The translations under genes and the position numbers were made by a program. The notes under the pieces were generated by a model that was given only the letters and a program-made list of their open reading frames with translations, ran no database searches and was not told the origin of the DNA. From positions 660,001-692,000 of the forward strand of contig OZ007020.1 of NCBI GenBank assembly GCA_963931495.1: DNA of 32,000 nucleotides. Reading direction: 5' to 3'. This DNA is from an uncultured Alphaproteobacteria bacterium. Lineage in GTDB: Bacteria > Pseudomonadota > Alphaproteobacteria > Rs-D84. This document shows positions 16,278 through 26,100 of this stretch, piece by piece (positions within the stretch are counted from its first letter, which is position 1; each line of letters begins with the position of its first letter).

Positions 16278-16919
16278 ATGAAAACGACAAAAAAAACACC
16301 AGTGAAAAAATCTGGCAAAAAATCTGAAAAAATGACTATGCAAGAGATGATTGCAAAGGTTGATGCATCCAAAAAAGTTAACCCGTTGGATTTGTCATCA
16401 GATCAAGATTTATCAATCGCGTTGATGAATCTGATTTCACTGGAAGAACATTTCTTTTTCAGTGGCGCAAAAACTCAGAAAACTGGATTTTATGATTTGA
16501 TTAATACCGTTCGCGATATGCGCAAGGATTTAATGGCGCGTATCGTGAAAAAATCAACCGCTGAAAATGGCGAAGTATGGTGTATTTCAAAACACTTGTT
16601 GGCGGCATCTATGCGTATTATGGAAGTCGGAACCAAGGCTTTGTCTGCGGGAAATACAGATGACGCATATAGTCTGTTTAATAAATCGTATGAACTGTAT
16701 TCGCTGTTTTGGGGAATTAATATGGACTTGATTGATTTGACCGGCGTGAAAAAAATTGCCCCAGATGTGTATGAACATGCAATCAAAGAATGCAAAATGC
16801 CCGAAAAATCAAACGAACAAACCCCGGATGTCACAGCACACAGCATCAAGGAATCTAAGTCTGTGGCACGTCGGTTGGGTGACTGGGTAAAAAATGCAGT
16901 TAATTGTTGCATTGAATAA
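16278..16919 (+). CDS. Hypothetical protein (213 aa) with a Lys-rich N-terminus
   Basis: The RBS is strong (AAAGGAAGG). I recognised no family. The protein ends in ...NCCIE. Confidence 0.5.
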   Translation: MKTTKKTPVKKSGKKSEKMTMQEMIAKVDASKKVNPLDLSSDQDLSIALMNLISLEEHFFFSGAKTQKTGFYDLINTVRDMRKDLMARIVKKSTAENGEVWCISKHLLAASMRIMEVGTKALSAGNTDDAYSLFNKSYELYSLFWGINMDLIDLTGVKKIAPDVYEHAIKECKMPEKSNEQTPDVTAHSIKESKSVARRLGDWVKNAVNCCIE

Positions 16920-16928
16920 ATTTTGGTA

Positions 16929-16958
16929 TTGATTCAATTTGCGCAAATATGATAAAAT
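16929..16958 (+). promoter_or_regulatory. Candidate promoter of the Cys-rich two-gene operon (TTGATT-N18-TAAAAT)
   Basis: TTGATT lies at 16929-16934 and TAAAAT at 16953-16958. A purine-rich AGAGAGAAG run follows, then the TTG at 16981. Confidence 0.35.
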
Positions 16959-16980
16959 ACATGCCAGAGAGAAGAAAAAT

Positions 16981-19548
16981 TTGAAAACACGTGTTCTGAA
17001 TTTTTGGAAATGTTCCGTTGCAATTGGTATATTGGCCTTGGGTGGGGATTTCGCATCCGCAGATCCGGCACCAAACCCACGTTCGGGTGTGAATGTCGTT
17101 ACCGCATCTGCGAAAACAGCGGTTGCAACAGCCCGGAATGATGGGCGCGCCGTTCGCAATGTCGCAACGTCATCTGGTTCTGGTGATTCTGGAACAGTGA
17201 CCGGCCGTACAGCGGCGGGTACCGTATCGCGCAGTGCGACGTCACGGCCGTCTGTGACGGTATCGCGTTCGGCGGTTGCGGTTCCAACAACAAATCGCGG
17301 CACCACCACAGTGCGCAGTGCCACCGCACGTAATGCGGGTGTTACGTCCAGTGGAACGTCACGCGCGGCAACGTCGCGTGCGGCGGCGTCAAATGTTGTG
17401 CGCAGTGCAAATCACAGTGCCGGATCATCGGCGCGCAGTGCTGCACGCAGTGCAACAACCGGGGCATCGCGCGCATCAATGGCACGCGCCACGGCGGTGT
17501 TTGATGATATATCAAAAATTGGTGGCGGATACGCGGAATGTCGTGAAGCGTACGCAACATGCATGGATCAATTTTGTGCAAATGCAAATGATACATATCG
17601 TCGCTGTTTTTGCAGTGCACGGTACACGGATTTTCGCAATACAGAAAACGCCATTAATGAAGCGTTAAGCATGTTGGCGGAATTTGAAAACAATAACTTG
17701 TCGGCTGTTACAATGACGGCCGAAGAAGTTTCCGCAATGTACAGCGCAACCGAAGGCGAAAATGCAATCAAGCGCGATACCAGTGCCGCCGCCGCAATGT
17801 TAAGTGAAATTGGTGATTTATTGTCTGGTAACAGTTCTGCATCATCATCTTCGTCTGGCGCATCATTGTCGCTGGGGGTAATTGATTTTACATCTGATTT
17901 GGGCGATATTTGGGGCGAAGGTGGTTCATCCGTATTTGACAACAATTCGGGGGTTGATTTATCTACGCTGGAAGGCGAAGCGTTGTACAACCAGGCCAGT
18001 CGCCAGTGTGCCGAAATGGTTGCAGATTCTTGTGAAAATAATGCCGTTATGACAATGGCGCGCAGTTCGTATGGTATTTTAATTACGCAAGATTGCAATA
18101 CGTATGAAAAACGTATTAATTCACAAAAAGAAAGTTTGGAACAAACTATTCGTACGGCGGAAAAATATCTGCGCGAGGCACGTCTGGAAGAATATCGTTC
18201 ACATAATTCGGCCGATGTTAATGAATGTATTGGAAATGTGCGCACGGCATTACTGTCGGATGTTGCATGCGGTCCAAATTATGAAAAGTGTATGGACTAT
18301 ACCGGTGCATACATAAACCAGTCCACAGGCGAAGCGATTTATTCACCACGTTTGTTTGAACTGGAAAATTTAATAGTGTTGGCCGGGGTCAGCACGAATG
18401 AAGGTGCGACGAACACAACCGGGGATATATTGCGTGATAATCAGGATTTTGATAATTTCTTGGATTCGCGTCGTATGTTCGCAGAAACGGCATTGGATTC
18501 ATGTCGTGACATTGCCGAAGAAGTTTGGGAAGAATTTAAGCGCCAGGCATTGATTGAAATTGCCCAGGCCCAGGACGAAAAACTGGAAGAAGTGCGCATG
18601 TCGTGTGTCAGCACAATGGCAGATTGTTATGACACGCAAACTGGTGCGTTGCGTGATTTTGATACAACCACGGCCCAGGCCAGTGGCGCCGTTGGTACAA
18701 TTGCCGCCCGTGAAATGTGCGAAGACAAAGTTATCGCGTGTGCATCATTGTATGGCAATACAGACAATTGCACATTTGATGGAAATGGACATCTTGTAAA
18801 TGGTAGTGATACAGGGGCCGCGGCGGCGCAACGTTGTGGACTGTCGGCGTTGTTGGCGTTTGTTGATACGGTTGATACTGTGCGTATTACCGAAGGTTGC
18901 GCCGATGCGGTTGAAGCATATGTTACAGATTTGTGCACACCGACAACAGGTGATTATGGATTCCCATGGAACTGTCGCGACAAAGAAATCGGGTCAATCG
19001 CCAGTGTTAATGTTGAAGAGGCAAGTGGTGGACTGGATGCATCGTTGGCGGAAAACATGGTATACTATGCGCGCACCAATTGCATGATGGGTACCGATAC
19101 CATGAACGGAACAGGTTTAGCAAATCTGGATTCTGAACTGGAACGGGAACTAGAAAGCATACTGGACGACGTCAGTGAAGAAATGGATGTCATGTTGGGC
19201 GAAATATGTGAAGAGTTTGATGGATATTGGCTGTCCGCAGGATATGACAGTGCCAGCAACATGATTGCCGAACGACTGGGCGGCACAGATGGCGCACAAC
19301 GTTTGTTGGCATTCTATACAACGGCATACGGTGGCGATCAAACAGAAGATTGGGGAATGTGTTTAGAAAATACCACCATGGTACAATGCTTGAACTATAA
19401 CGATACATATGGCGAAGAAGTTGCGTCGTATGACATCACCAGCGATACATGTACTTTCACAGACCAGTGGTATATAAATCAATGCGAACAAGTGTTGGGC
19501 GGATATTATGAAAACAATACTTGTTATGCGCCGATGACAGACAGGTAG
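16981..19548 (+). CDS. Secreted protein with a basic Ser/Thr/Ala/Arg low-complexity tract and a large Cys-containing domain (family unknown)
   Basis: From TTG 16981 the protein opens with a Sec signal peptide, MKTRVLNFWKCSVAIGILALGGDFASA/DP. An R/S/A/T-rich region follows (about 17110-17500), then CREAYATCMDQFCANANDTYRRCFCSARY... The start is uncertain (TTG 16939 is also in frame). Confidence 0.7.
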   Translation: MKTRVLNFWKCSVAIGILALGGDFASADPAPNPRSGVNVVTASAKTAVATARNDGRAVRNVATSSGSGDSGTVTGRTAAGTVSRSATSRPSVTVSRSAVAVPTTNRGTTTVRSATARNAGVTSSGTSRAATSRAAASNVVRSANHSAGSSARSAARSATTGASRASMARATAVFDDISKIGGGYAECREAYATCMDQFCANANDTYRRCFCSARYTDFRNTENAINEALSMLAEFENNNLSAVTMTAEEVSAMYSATEGENAIKRDTSAAAAMLSEIGDLLSGNSSASSSSSGASLSLGVIDFTSDLGDIWGEGGSSVFDNNSGVDLSTLEGEALYNQASRQCAEMVADSCENNAVMTMARSSYGILITQDCNTYEKRINSQKESLEQTIRTAEKYLREARLEEYRSHNSADVNECIGNVRTALLSDVACGPNYEKCMDYTGAYINQSTGEAIYSPRLFELENLIVLAGVSTNEGATNTTGDILRDNQDFDNFLDSRRMFAETALDSCRDIAEEVWEEFKRQALIEIAQAQDEKLEEVRMSCVSTMADCYDTQTGALRDFDTTTAQASGAVGTIAAREMCEDKVIACASLYGNTDNCTFDGNGHLVNGSDTGAAAAQRCGLSALLAFVDTVDTVRITEGCADAVEAYVTDLCTPTTGDYGFPWNCRDKEIGSIASVNVEEASGGLDASLAENMVYYARTNCMMGTDTMNGTGLANLDSELERELESILDDVSEEMDVMLGEICEEFDGYWLSAGYDSASNMIAERLGGTDGAQRLLAFYTTAYGGDQTEDWGMCLENTTMVQCLNYNDTYGEEVASYDITSDTCTFTDQWYINQCEQVLGGYYENNTCYAPMTDR

Positions 19549-19552
19549 TAAT

Positions 19553-20980
19553 ATGAAAAAAGCAACACTGTTTTTGATATTTGTGATGTGTTTGTGCAGT
19601 GCAAATGATAATGCGTTCGCGCTGAGCAAGGATTATTCCAGTCTGGCCGGCATATGGTATGCCCCGGACATAAAAGACAATACATGCAAAACATCTGATG
19701 CGGCATCGGCAACAATTGGAACGCAAAAAAGTCGCTGTACGGGCGGCGTATATGATGTTGATGCGTGTGACAGTGCCACATCAGGTGGACAACATCCGTC
19801 GTTACTGATGATGGTTGCGCACACAATTGTTGAAAACGGCGCATATTTCTGTCCAACAACAATTCATGCCGACAAGGCAAAGAAAAGACGCCCATATACG
19901 TTATATAATCCGGCCGAACCAGGCGGTAATTCTGGGTGTATATGGCTGTGCAAACCCGGTTATACGGGTGACAGTTGTACCGAACGCGCACTGACGTGCG
20001 ACACAACCGAAATACGGCGCAGTGATTATGACGATTATACATTTGGCCCGGCGTCAGAATCGGCGTCAATTGAAAATTCCATTGGGATGTTTTATGGCAA
20101 GGTTGATGTAAAATGCGGGGAGCGTAATATTGCTGACGAACACGATATGATTCTGGCGATTTCAAAATGGCTGGACAGTGGTCGGGGTGTATTGGCCCAG
20201 CCGTTTGTTGTTCGTGCAAATCGTGTGGAATATAAAGATACATGGGCATTTCCAGAAGTTTATTCTGTGGGCAGTCCGACGTTATTGTGCAAATCAGGCT
20301 TTGTATCAAATGATGCCGGCACAGATTGTATCGCCGCCCCTGGCAGTGCATGTGAAGACAGCGAAAACGTTGAAACACCAGAAGATGCCGGCCAAAGCAT
20401 GTGTGATGGTTGGTCCATAGATGAATTTGATCCAGCGACGATGGAAATGGCGTATTCGGGTTCTTGTACAACCATGGGTGAATCTGTGGGCGGATATACA
20501 TTCAAATGCACCCAGGATGGATATGCCCTGAACCGCATCAACAGTCAATTAACATGTTCGGAATGTCCGGTCAGTGTACGGGTTGGAATTAATCCGGATG
20601 GTGAATGTGTTACATGTGACGTTGGTGAATATTTTGATGTTGATTCGCCAAATACTGGTTATTGTTCCGAAACATACGTGTTTACACGTCAGGATTTACA
20701 GTACGGTACAGCAGATCCAAATACCGGGAATGTTGAAGCCGAATGCTGGACAAAAAGCACCCCGTCTGAATATACAGAATGCGTGATACGGGCCGCAACC
20801 CCATATGTCCGCAGTGACGCCACCGTTGTTTACGAAGGGGTACAGACAGTGTCGGGAACAGTACAAACTCCTGTAAGATTACAACCAACGCCGGTAACAC
20901 TGTCAAATCCAACACTGCAACCAATCAGTGGGGTTACGGCGACATCAAATGCAACCGCGCAACAGATGTTGATAAATTAA
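19553..20980 (+). CDS. Secreted Cys-rich protein (475 aa) with an EGF-like Cys spacing and a Pro/Thr-rich tail
   Basis: It starts 4 nt after the preceding stop. The signal peptide is MKKATLFLIFVMCLCSANDNAFA. CIWLCKPGYTGDSC is present. The C-terminal tail reads TPVRLQPTPVTLSNPTLQP. Confidence 0.7.
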   Translation: MKKATLFLIFVMCLCSANDNAFALSKDYSSLAGIWYAPDIKDNTCKTSDAASATIGTQKSRCTGGVYDVDACDSATSGGQHPSLLMMVAHTIVENGAYFCPTTIHADKAKKRRPYTLYNPAEPGGNSGCIWLCKPGYTGDSCTERALTCDTTEIRRSDYDDYTFGPASESASIENSIGMFYGKVDVKCGERNIADEHDMILAISKWLDSGRGVLAQPFVVRANRVEYKDTWAFPEVYSVGSPTLLCKSGFVSNDAGTDCIAAPGSACEDSENVETPEDAGQSMCDGWSIDEFDPATMEMAYSGSCTTMGESVGGYTFKCTQDGYALNRINSQLTCSECPVSVRVGINPDGECVTCDVGEYFDVDSPNTGYCSETYVFTRQDLQYGTADPNTGNVEAECWTKSTPSEYTECVIRAATPYVRSDATVVYEGVQTVSGTVQTPVRLQPTPVTLSNPTLQPISGVTATSNATAQQMLIN

Positions 20981-21017
20981 TAACATACCCCGGACAATAT
21001 CGGTAATCAGTTTACAT

Positions 21018-21047
21018 AAAAAATCCCCGATTGCGGGGATTTTTTTT
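21018..21047. terminator. Bidirectional intrinsic terminator
   Basis: A-tract-TCCCCG-ATTG-CGGGGA-T8, located between convergent genes. Confidence 0.85.
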
Positions 21048-21064
21048 AACATTATGTTTCAAGT

Positions 21065-21478
21065 TTATTCAACACCATTCAAACTTTTTAACATATCCAT
21101 AACATTTTTACGTTGTTTATTGTTTGTTAACCCCCAGTACAGTTTTATCAACTGTAACGTTTCGTTTTTTGCCAATGGATCGTCCGACGTTTGTTCAGAT
21201 ACGCGTGCGACACGTCCATTACGCGAAGGTTCAGGTGTGTTCCCCGGCAGCCCCATAAAGAAGAATGACACAGGTGCTTCTAGGGCAGTGCTGAGATCAA
21301 ACAGACGCGATGCCGATATGCGGTTGCCCGCACTTTCGTATTTCTGAATTTGTTGAAACGTTACCCCGCATATTTTTGCCAGGTCTCTTTGCGACAGTCC
21401 CATCATCTGACGGCGCAATTGAACACGTTGTCCGATATGGGTATCAACCGCGGTTGGTTTAAATGTCTTGCAACTCAT
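21065..21478 (-). CDS. XRE-family transcriptional regulator (137 aa, alphaproteobacterial type)
   Basis: IGQRVQLRRQMMGLSQRDLAKICGVTFQQIQKYESAGNRISASRLFDLSTALEAPVSFFF forms an HTH_3 domain with the conserved C-terminal helical extension common in alphaproteobacterial XRE proteins. Confidence 0.8.
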   Translation of the reverse strand: MSCKTFKPTAVDTHIGQRVQLRRQMMGLSQRDLAKICGVTFQQIQKYESAGNRISASRLFDLSTALEAPVSFFFMGLPGNTPEPSRNGRVARVSEQTSDDPLAKNETLQLIKLYWGLTNNKQRKNVMDMLKSLNGVE

Positions 21479-21621
21479 GCCAATTTCTCTCTGTTAAAAA
21501 ATTGTTATATACTACGAAATCCTTCCTAATATACATAACAGTTATACAATTTTTCTTTTTCTTTTGCAATCAAAAAACAGTTATGTTACATTCACGCATG
21601 TAAAAAAGTTGGAGGATTGAT

Positions 21622-23097
21622 ATGAATCGCCCTGTTTTGCTGTGTATTCTGGACGGTGTCGGAATTAATGATAACCACGCACATAACGCGGTGGCAATGG
21701 CAAATATGCCTTTTTTGCATGACTTGATGGAAAAATATCCGCATTCACAGTTAAATGCCAGTGGCCCTGCCGTCGGATTACCAGAAAACACCATGGGGAA
21801 TTCAGAGGTTGGACACATAACAATCGGTTCTGGTCGCGTTGTGAATCAGTTCTTGCGTCGGTTTGAATTAGAAGATTGGGCCCGTAACGCGCCATTACGT
21901 GACTTTATAAATTCTGTGCGTACAGATGGCGGTATTGTACATTTGGCGGGTCTGATGTCTGATGGGCGTGTACATTCAGATATTGATCAAATATTAATAA
22001 TTGCACGACATATATTAGATTCCGGTCTGCGTGTATGTATCCACTTTATTGCCGACGGTCGCGACACGCCCCCACAATCGGCACCAATATACGTTGCGAA
22101 AATCAAATCGGAACTGGGGCAATATTTTGTGGATGGCCGTGCGTTTTTTGGCACTGTATCTGGACGGTATTATGCGATGGACCGGAACCAGAACATGGAC
22201 CGTACAGAATCCGCGTTTAACGCAATTGCAAATGCGCAATCTGGATACCACGCGGCAAGCATAGACGATGCAATAAACGATGCATATGCCCGCGGTGAAA
22301 CAGACGAATTTATTCGTCCAACGGTTATTGATGGTGATGTGCCAATCACATCGCGTGACGGATTCGTGTTTGGAAATTATCGCAGTGACCGTGCGCGCCA
22401 GATTGTTCGCGCAATACTGGGGGTTGGAATGCACATATTGTGCTTTTCCCAATATGGCGAAGGATTAAATGAATTGTGCCCTGCACTGTTGCCTGATGTA
22501 CCGGTGGAAAACACGCTGGGGGACATTTTGGCCCGGAATGGACGGAAACAACTGCGCATTGCGGAAACAGAAAAATACAATCATGTTACGTATTTCTTTG
22601 ATGCCGAACGCAATATTGATTTTGATGGCGAAGAAAAAATACTGGTGCCATCACCGGATGTTGCGACATTTGACTTAAAACCAGAAATGTCGGCAATGGA
22701 AATCACAGACGCACTGTTACCACGACTGGGCGAATTTGACGTTATTATATTAAATTACGCAAATGGCGATATGGTTGGGCATACCGGGAATGAAGTTGCC
22801 ACAATTCGTGCGATGGAATTCTTGGATACACAACTGTCACGTTTGGTGCCGGCGGTATTGGAAATGAACGGTGTTGTGTTAATTACCGCCGATCATGGCA
22901 ATGCTGAAAAAATGTGGGATTCTGAAAACAACATGCCATGGACCGCCCATACAACCAATCCGGTTAACTTTATTGTTGTTTCAAATAAACAGTATTCCGT
23001 GCGGGATGGCGGACTGGCCGATATTGCACCAACGATTTTAACTTTATTAGGCATAGATGTCCCAGAACAAATGTCTGGGCACAGTCTGGTATCGTAA
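21622..23097 (+). CDS. gpmI: 2,3-bisphosphoglycerate-independent phosphoglycerate mutase
   Basis: The RBS is GGAGG. Motifs LLCILDGVG, GNSEVGH (catalytic Ser) and ADHGNAE are present. Length is 491 aa. Confidence 0.95.
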   Translation: MNRPVLLCILDGVGINDNHAHNAVAMANMPFLHDLMEKYPHSQLNASGPAVGLPENTMGNSEVGHITIGSGRVVNQFLRRFELEDWARNAPLRDFINSVRTDGGIVHLAGLMSDGRVHSDIDQILIIARHILDSGLRVCIHFIADGRDTPPQSAPIYVAKIKSELGQYFVDGRAFFGTVSGRYYAMDRNQNMDRTESAFNAIANAQSGYHAASIDDAINDAYARGETDEFIRPTVIDGDVPITSRDGFVFGNYRSDRARQIVRAILGVGMHILCFSQYGEGLNELCPALLPDVPVENTLGDILARNGRKQLRIAETEKYNHVTYFFDAERNIDFDGEEKILVPSPDVATFDLKPEMSAMEITDALLPRLGEFDVIILNYANGDMVGHTGNEVATIRAMEFLDTQLSRLVPAVLEMNGVVLITADHGNAEKMWDSENNMPWTAHTTNPVNFIVVSNKQYSVRDGGLADIAPTILTLLGIDVPEQMSGHSLVS

Positions 23098-23177
23098 ATG
23101 TTGGTATGACCAGATAATTTTTCTCTTGCGTGATATATGCGTTTTTTTCTAAGATGTTATATAAAAGAGGGAAAGAT

Positions 23178-26100
23178 ATGGGAAAAAAGCGCTGTTTTCT
23201 CAAGTTTTTTACACTGTTTGTGGGAGTGTTTGTTGCCGGCAATGCAATGGCGGCATATGACTGTCCGAATGTACGAAAATACACATCGTGCAACAGTGGG
23301 TATTATATGACAGGTGGTGTGACGACTGGGAACGACTGTCTGTCATGTACTAGTGTCAGCGCGACGGATTTGTCAGCTGCATGTGACCGAGACCCGACAA
23401 GCACAGAACTGTCAAATGCGCATGCCGCATCGGGTACAATCAGTGACGCAAGCAAGGCCTGTACTGGGAATCATACCGGTGGTGCGGGCGGTACGAACGG
23501 CAGCAGTGCATGTACAGGGTGCAGTTCGTATGGCGATTGTACTGGTGGAAAATTAACAATTAGCACATGCGCGGCAGATTACTATCATGACGCCGATACC
23601 AACAAGTGCCTGGCGTGCAGCGATTTAGGCTATACATCATCTGCGTCTGGCAATACTGGTGGCGCCGATGTATGTTATAAGTCATGTAGCAAATCTTGTA
23701 CACAATCTTGCACTATATCTGGCGCAGCGTCGTGTACGTATGGCACCAAAACAACGTCTGGGACACAATATTACGGGGGTGATTGTGATGCGGAGGCTCC
23801 TGGTAATTGTCCGATAAACAGCTGGTCTTGTAAAACTGATTATTATCATACCACCAGTGGCTGTTCAGCTTGTACGGGTGTTTCTGCAAATGGTGATATT
23901 CTGGAAACAACAGAGATAACCAATGGTAAGCGTGTTGAAACATGTACCGGAAATCATACCGGTGGTGCGGGCGGTACGGACGACAGCAGTGCATGTACAG
24001 GGTGCAGCGCATCGGTCATATCTTGTGAGTGTGACACCGGATACCATTCCGAAGGCGATGGTGCCGCATGCACGTGCGTGCGGGATTGCAGCACGTCCAA
24101 GGCATGCAGCGACGATTTTGCAGGTTATTCGGGCACATATAACGAATGCACACAGAATCAAGAAACTGAATGCTATAAATCGTGTTCGGTCGCGTGCAGT
24201 GGTAATGCAACGTGCCCATCAAACGCAACATGTACATATGACACAACCAAGACATATTCCGGCACACAGTATTATGGCGGCAGTTGCGATGCCACCGCCG
24301 GTACGTGTCCGGTGGAATCAGTGACGTGTAATGCCGGATATTACAAGAATCCCGGCGGCACGTGTTCAAAATGTGGTGGGAATCAATATTATTGTCCGGG
24401 TGATAACAAGCGTTATGGCGTGTCATCTGGGTATTATTCAACTGGTGGGGATTCAACAACGCGCACTGGGCAAGCGCAATGTGGTGGAAATGAATATTAT
24501 TGCGTTTCTGGGGTGCGTTATAACGTGTCATCTGGGTATTATTCAACCGGTGGGACCGAAACAACGCGCACTGGGCAAGCGGAATGTACCAGCGGAACAT
24601 ATTGTGTTTCTGGTGAGAAATACAGTTGCAGTTCGTTGTCTGGTGGTGCAAAACCCACCGGTGGAGAGTACAGTTCAGCGGCCAAGTCAACGGCCAGCAC
24701 AGCATGCAAGTACAAGGCACCAAACCCATCGGTACCAACAAACTGTTCATCAATAGACAGTAATACGATAACATATACCGGCAGTGCATGGCCAACGGTG
24801 ACATATTCGGTTACCGCCAAGGCCGGGGCACGTATATCACAAAATAACGTGGCCAGCCCAACATGTTCGCTGTGCGCGGCTGGAACATATCAGCAAAATA
24901 ACAACAGCACCGCGACGTCATGCAGAGTGTGCAGCGGCAACACATATGCACAAAAGACTGGCGCGGAATCGTGTGCTTCGTGCCCATCGGGATACACTAT
25001 CACGGGGACCGCGGCCAGTAACCATGATAACAAGAACGATTGCAAAATAACATGTTCCGCCGGTACAGTTGTGGCCACCGCGGATAAAACGTGTTCAACC
25101 CCATCCGGCAGTTGGTATTCATCGCAACACACGGTGTCGGCGGGATCAACATCTGGATCAAACAAGGCCAGTTGTGTGTCTGGATATGCAACGCCAAGCA
25201 CGACAACAAAAACAGACCATGATTCATATACTGATTGCAGAATAACATGTTCGGCCGGTACCCAGGTTGCCGCCGCCAATGCAAAGTGTACAACACCGAA
25301 TACCAATAACTGGTACACGAATTCGCATACCGTGACCCAGGGATCAACGTCTGGATCAAATGTCAAGGCGTGCGATACAGCGGACGGGTATGTAAACAGT
25401 GGCAGTACCACAGCAAATCACGCAGGATCAGCATCTTGCAAGGTGACATGCGCCAACGGTACATATGTAAAAACCGCCAATGCCGCATGTGAAGCAGTCG
25501 GCAGTGGATATTACCGTGAATCGCACGTTGTCGCATATGGCAGTACCAGTACACGAAATCAATGCAACACGGGATACGGCAATTCGCCGGCGGGTGCATA
25601 CCGACCCCAAGATTGCTATATGAATGTCAGTGGCGGGTATTTTGTTGAAGATGCTGGTGACGCAACCGCAACCAAGTGTGATGCCGGATACGCACGCGCA
25701 GCCCATACGGTTAATTACGGTTCCGTGTCATCGTGTAATATTTGTAAAGGCGCAACATGGTCGCACGCCGGTGCCGCCACATGTTCAAACTGTCCAACGG
25801 GTTATACATATAACACAACCAGTGGCAAAACAGATAATACGCAATGCCAGATAAGCGTGCCGGGTGGTAAATATGTCGGAACAGTTGGCGCTCAAGGCAG
25901 CACACTGGGGACATGTGTCGCCGGAACATCCAAGGCCACGCATATCGTGAATTATGGTTCTTTGTCTTCTTGCCCGGTGTGCGGAACCAACCAATATTCT
26001 GATGCGGGGGCCGCAAAGTGTATCGCATGTGATTCAGACTATGCAAACAGCGGAACATCTGCGTCCAGTCACGCCGGCGTTACGTCGTGCAAAGTTACCT

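Noticed and set aside
16809-20501. Antisense ORFs in the Cys-rich operon: 16809-17324 (171 aa), 17568-18245 (225 aa) and 19524-20501 (325 aa).
   Set aside because: The argument is the same: they are shadow ORFs opposite ORFs that have signal peptides, sensible starts and a shared terminator.
20998-21009. A 12-nt match, ATCGGTAATCAG, shared with the 5' end of leader copy B (11291-11302).
   Set aside because: A 12-mer coincidence is expected by chance many times in 32 kb when both strands are considered. The flanking sequence shows no similarity.
23143-23188. A T7 tract (23143-23149) upstream of the giant gene and an A6 run just after its ATG, considered as possible phase-variation switches.
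   Set aside because: The tracts are short for slipped-strand switching and unremarkable in an AT-rich genome. There is no supporting evidence in a single sequence.
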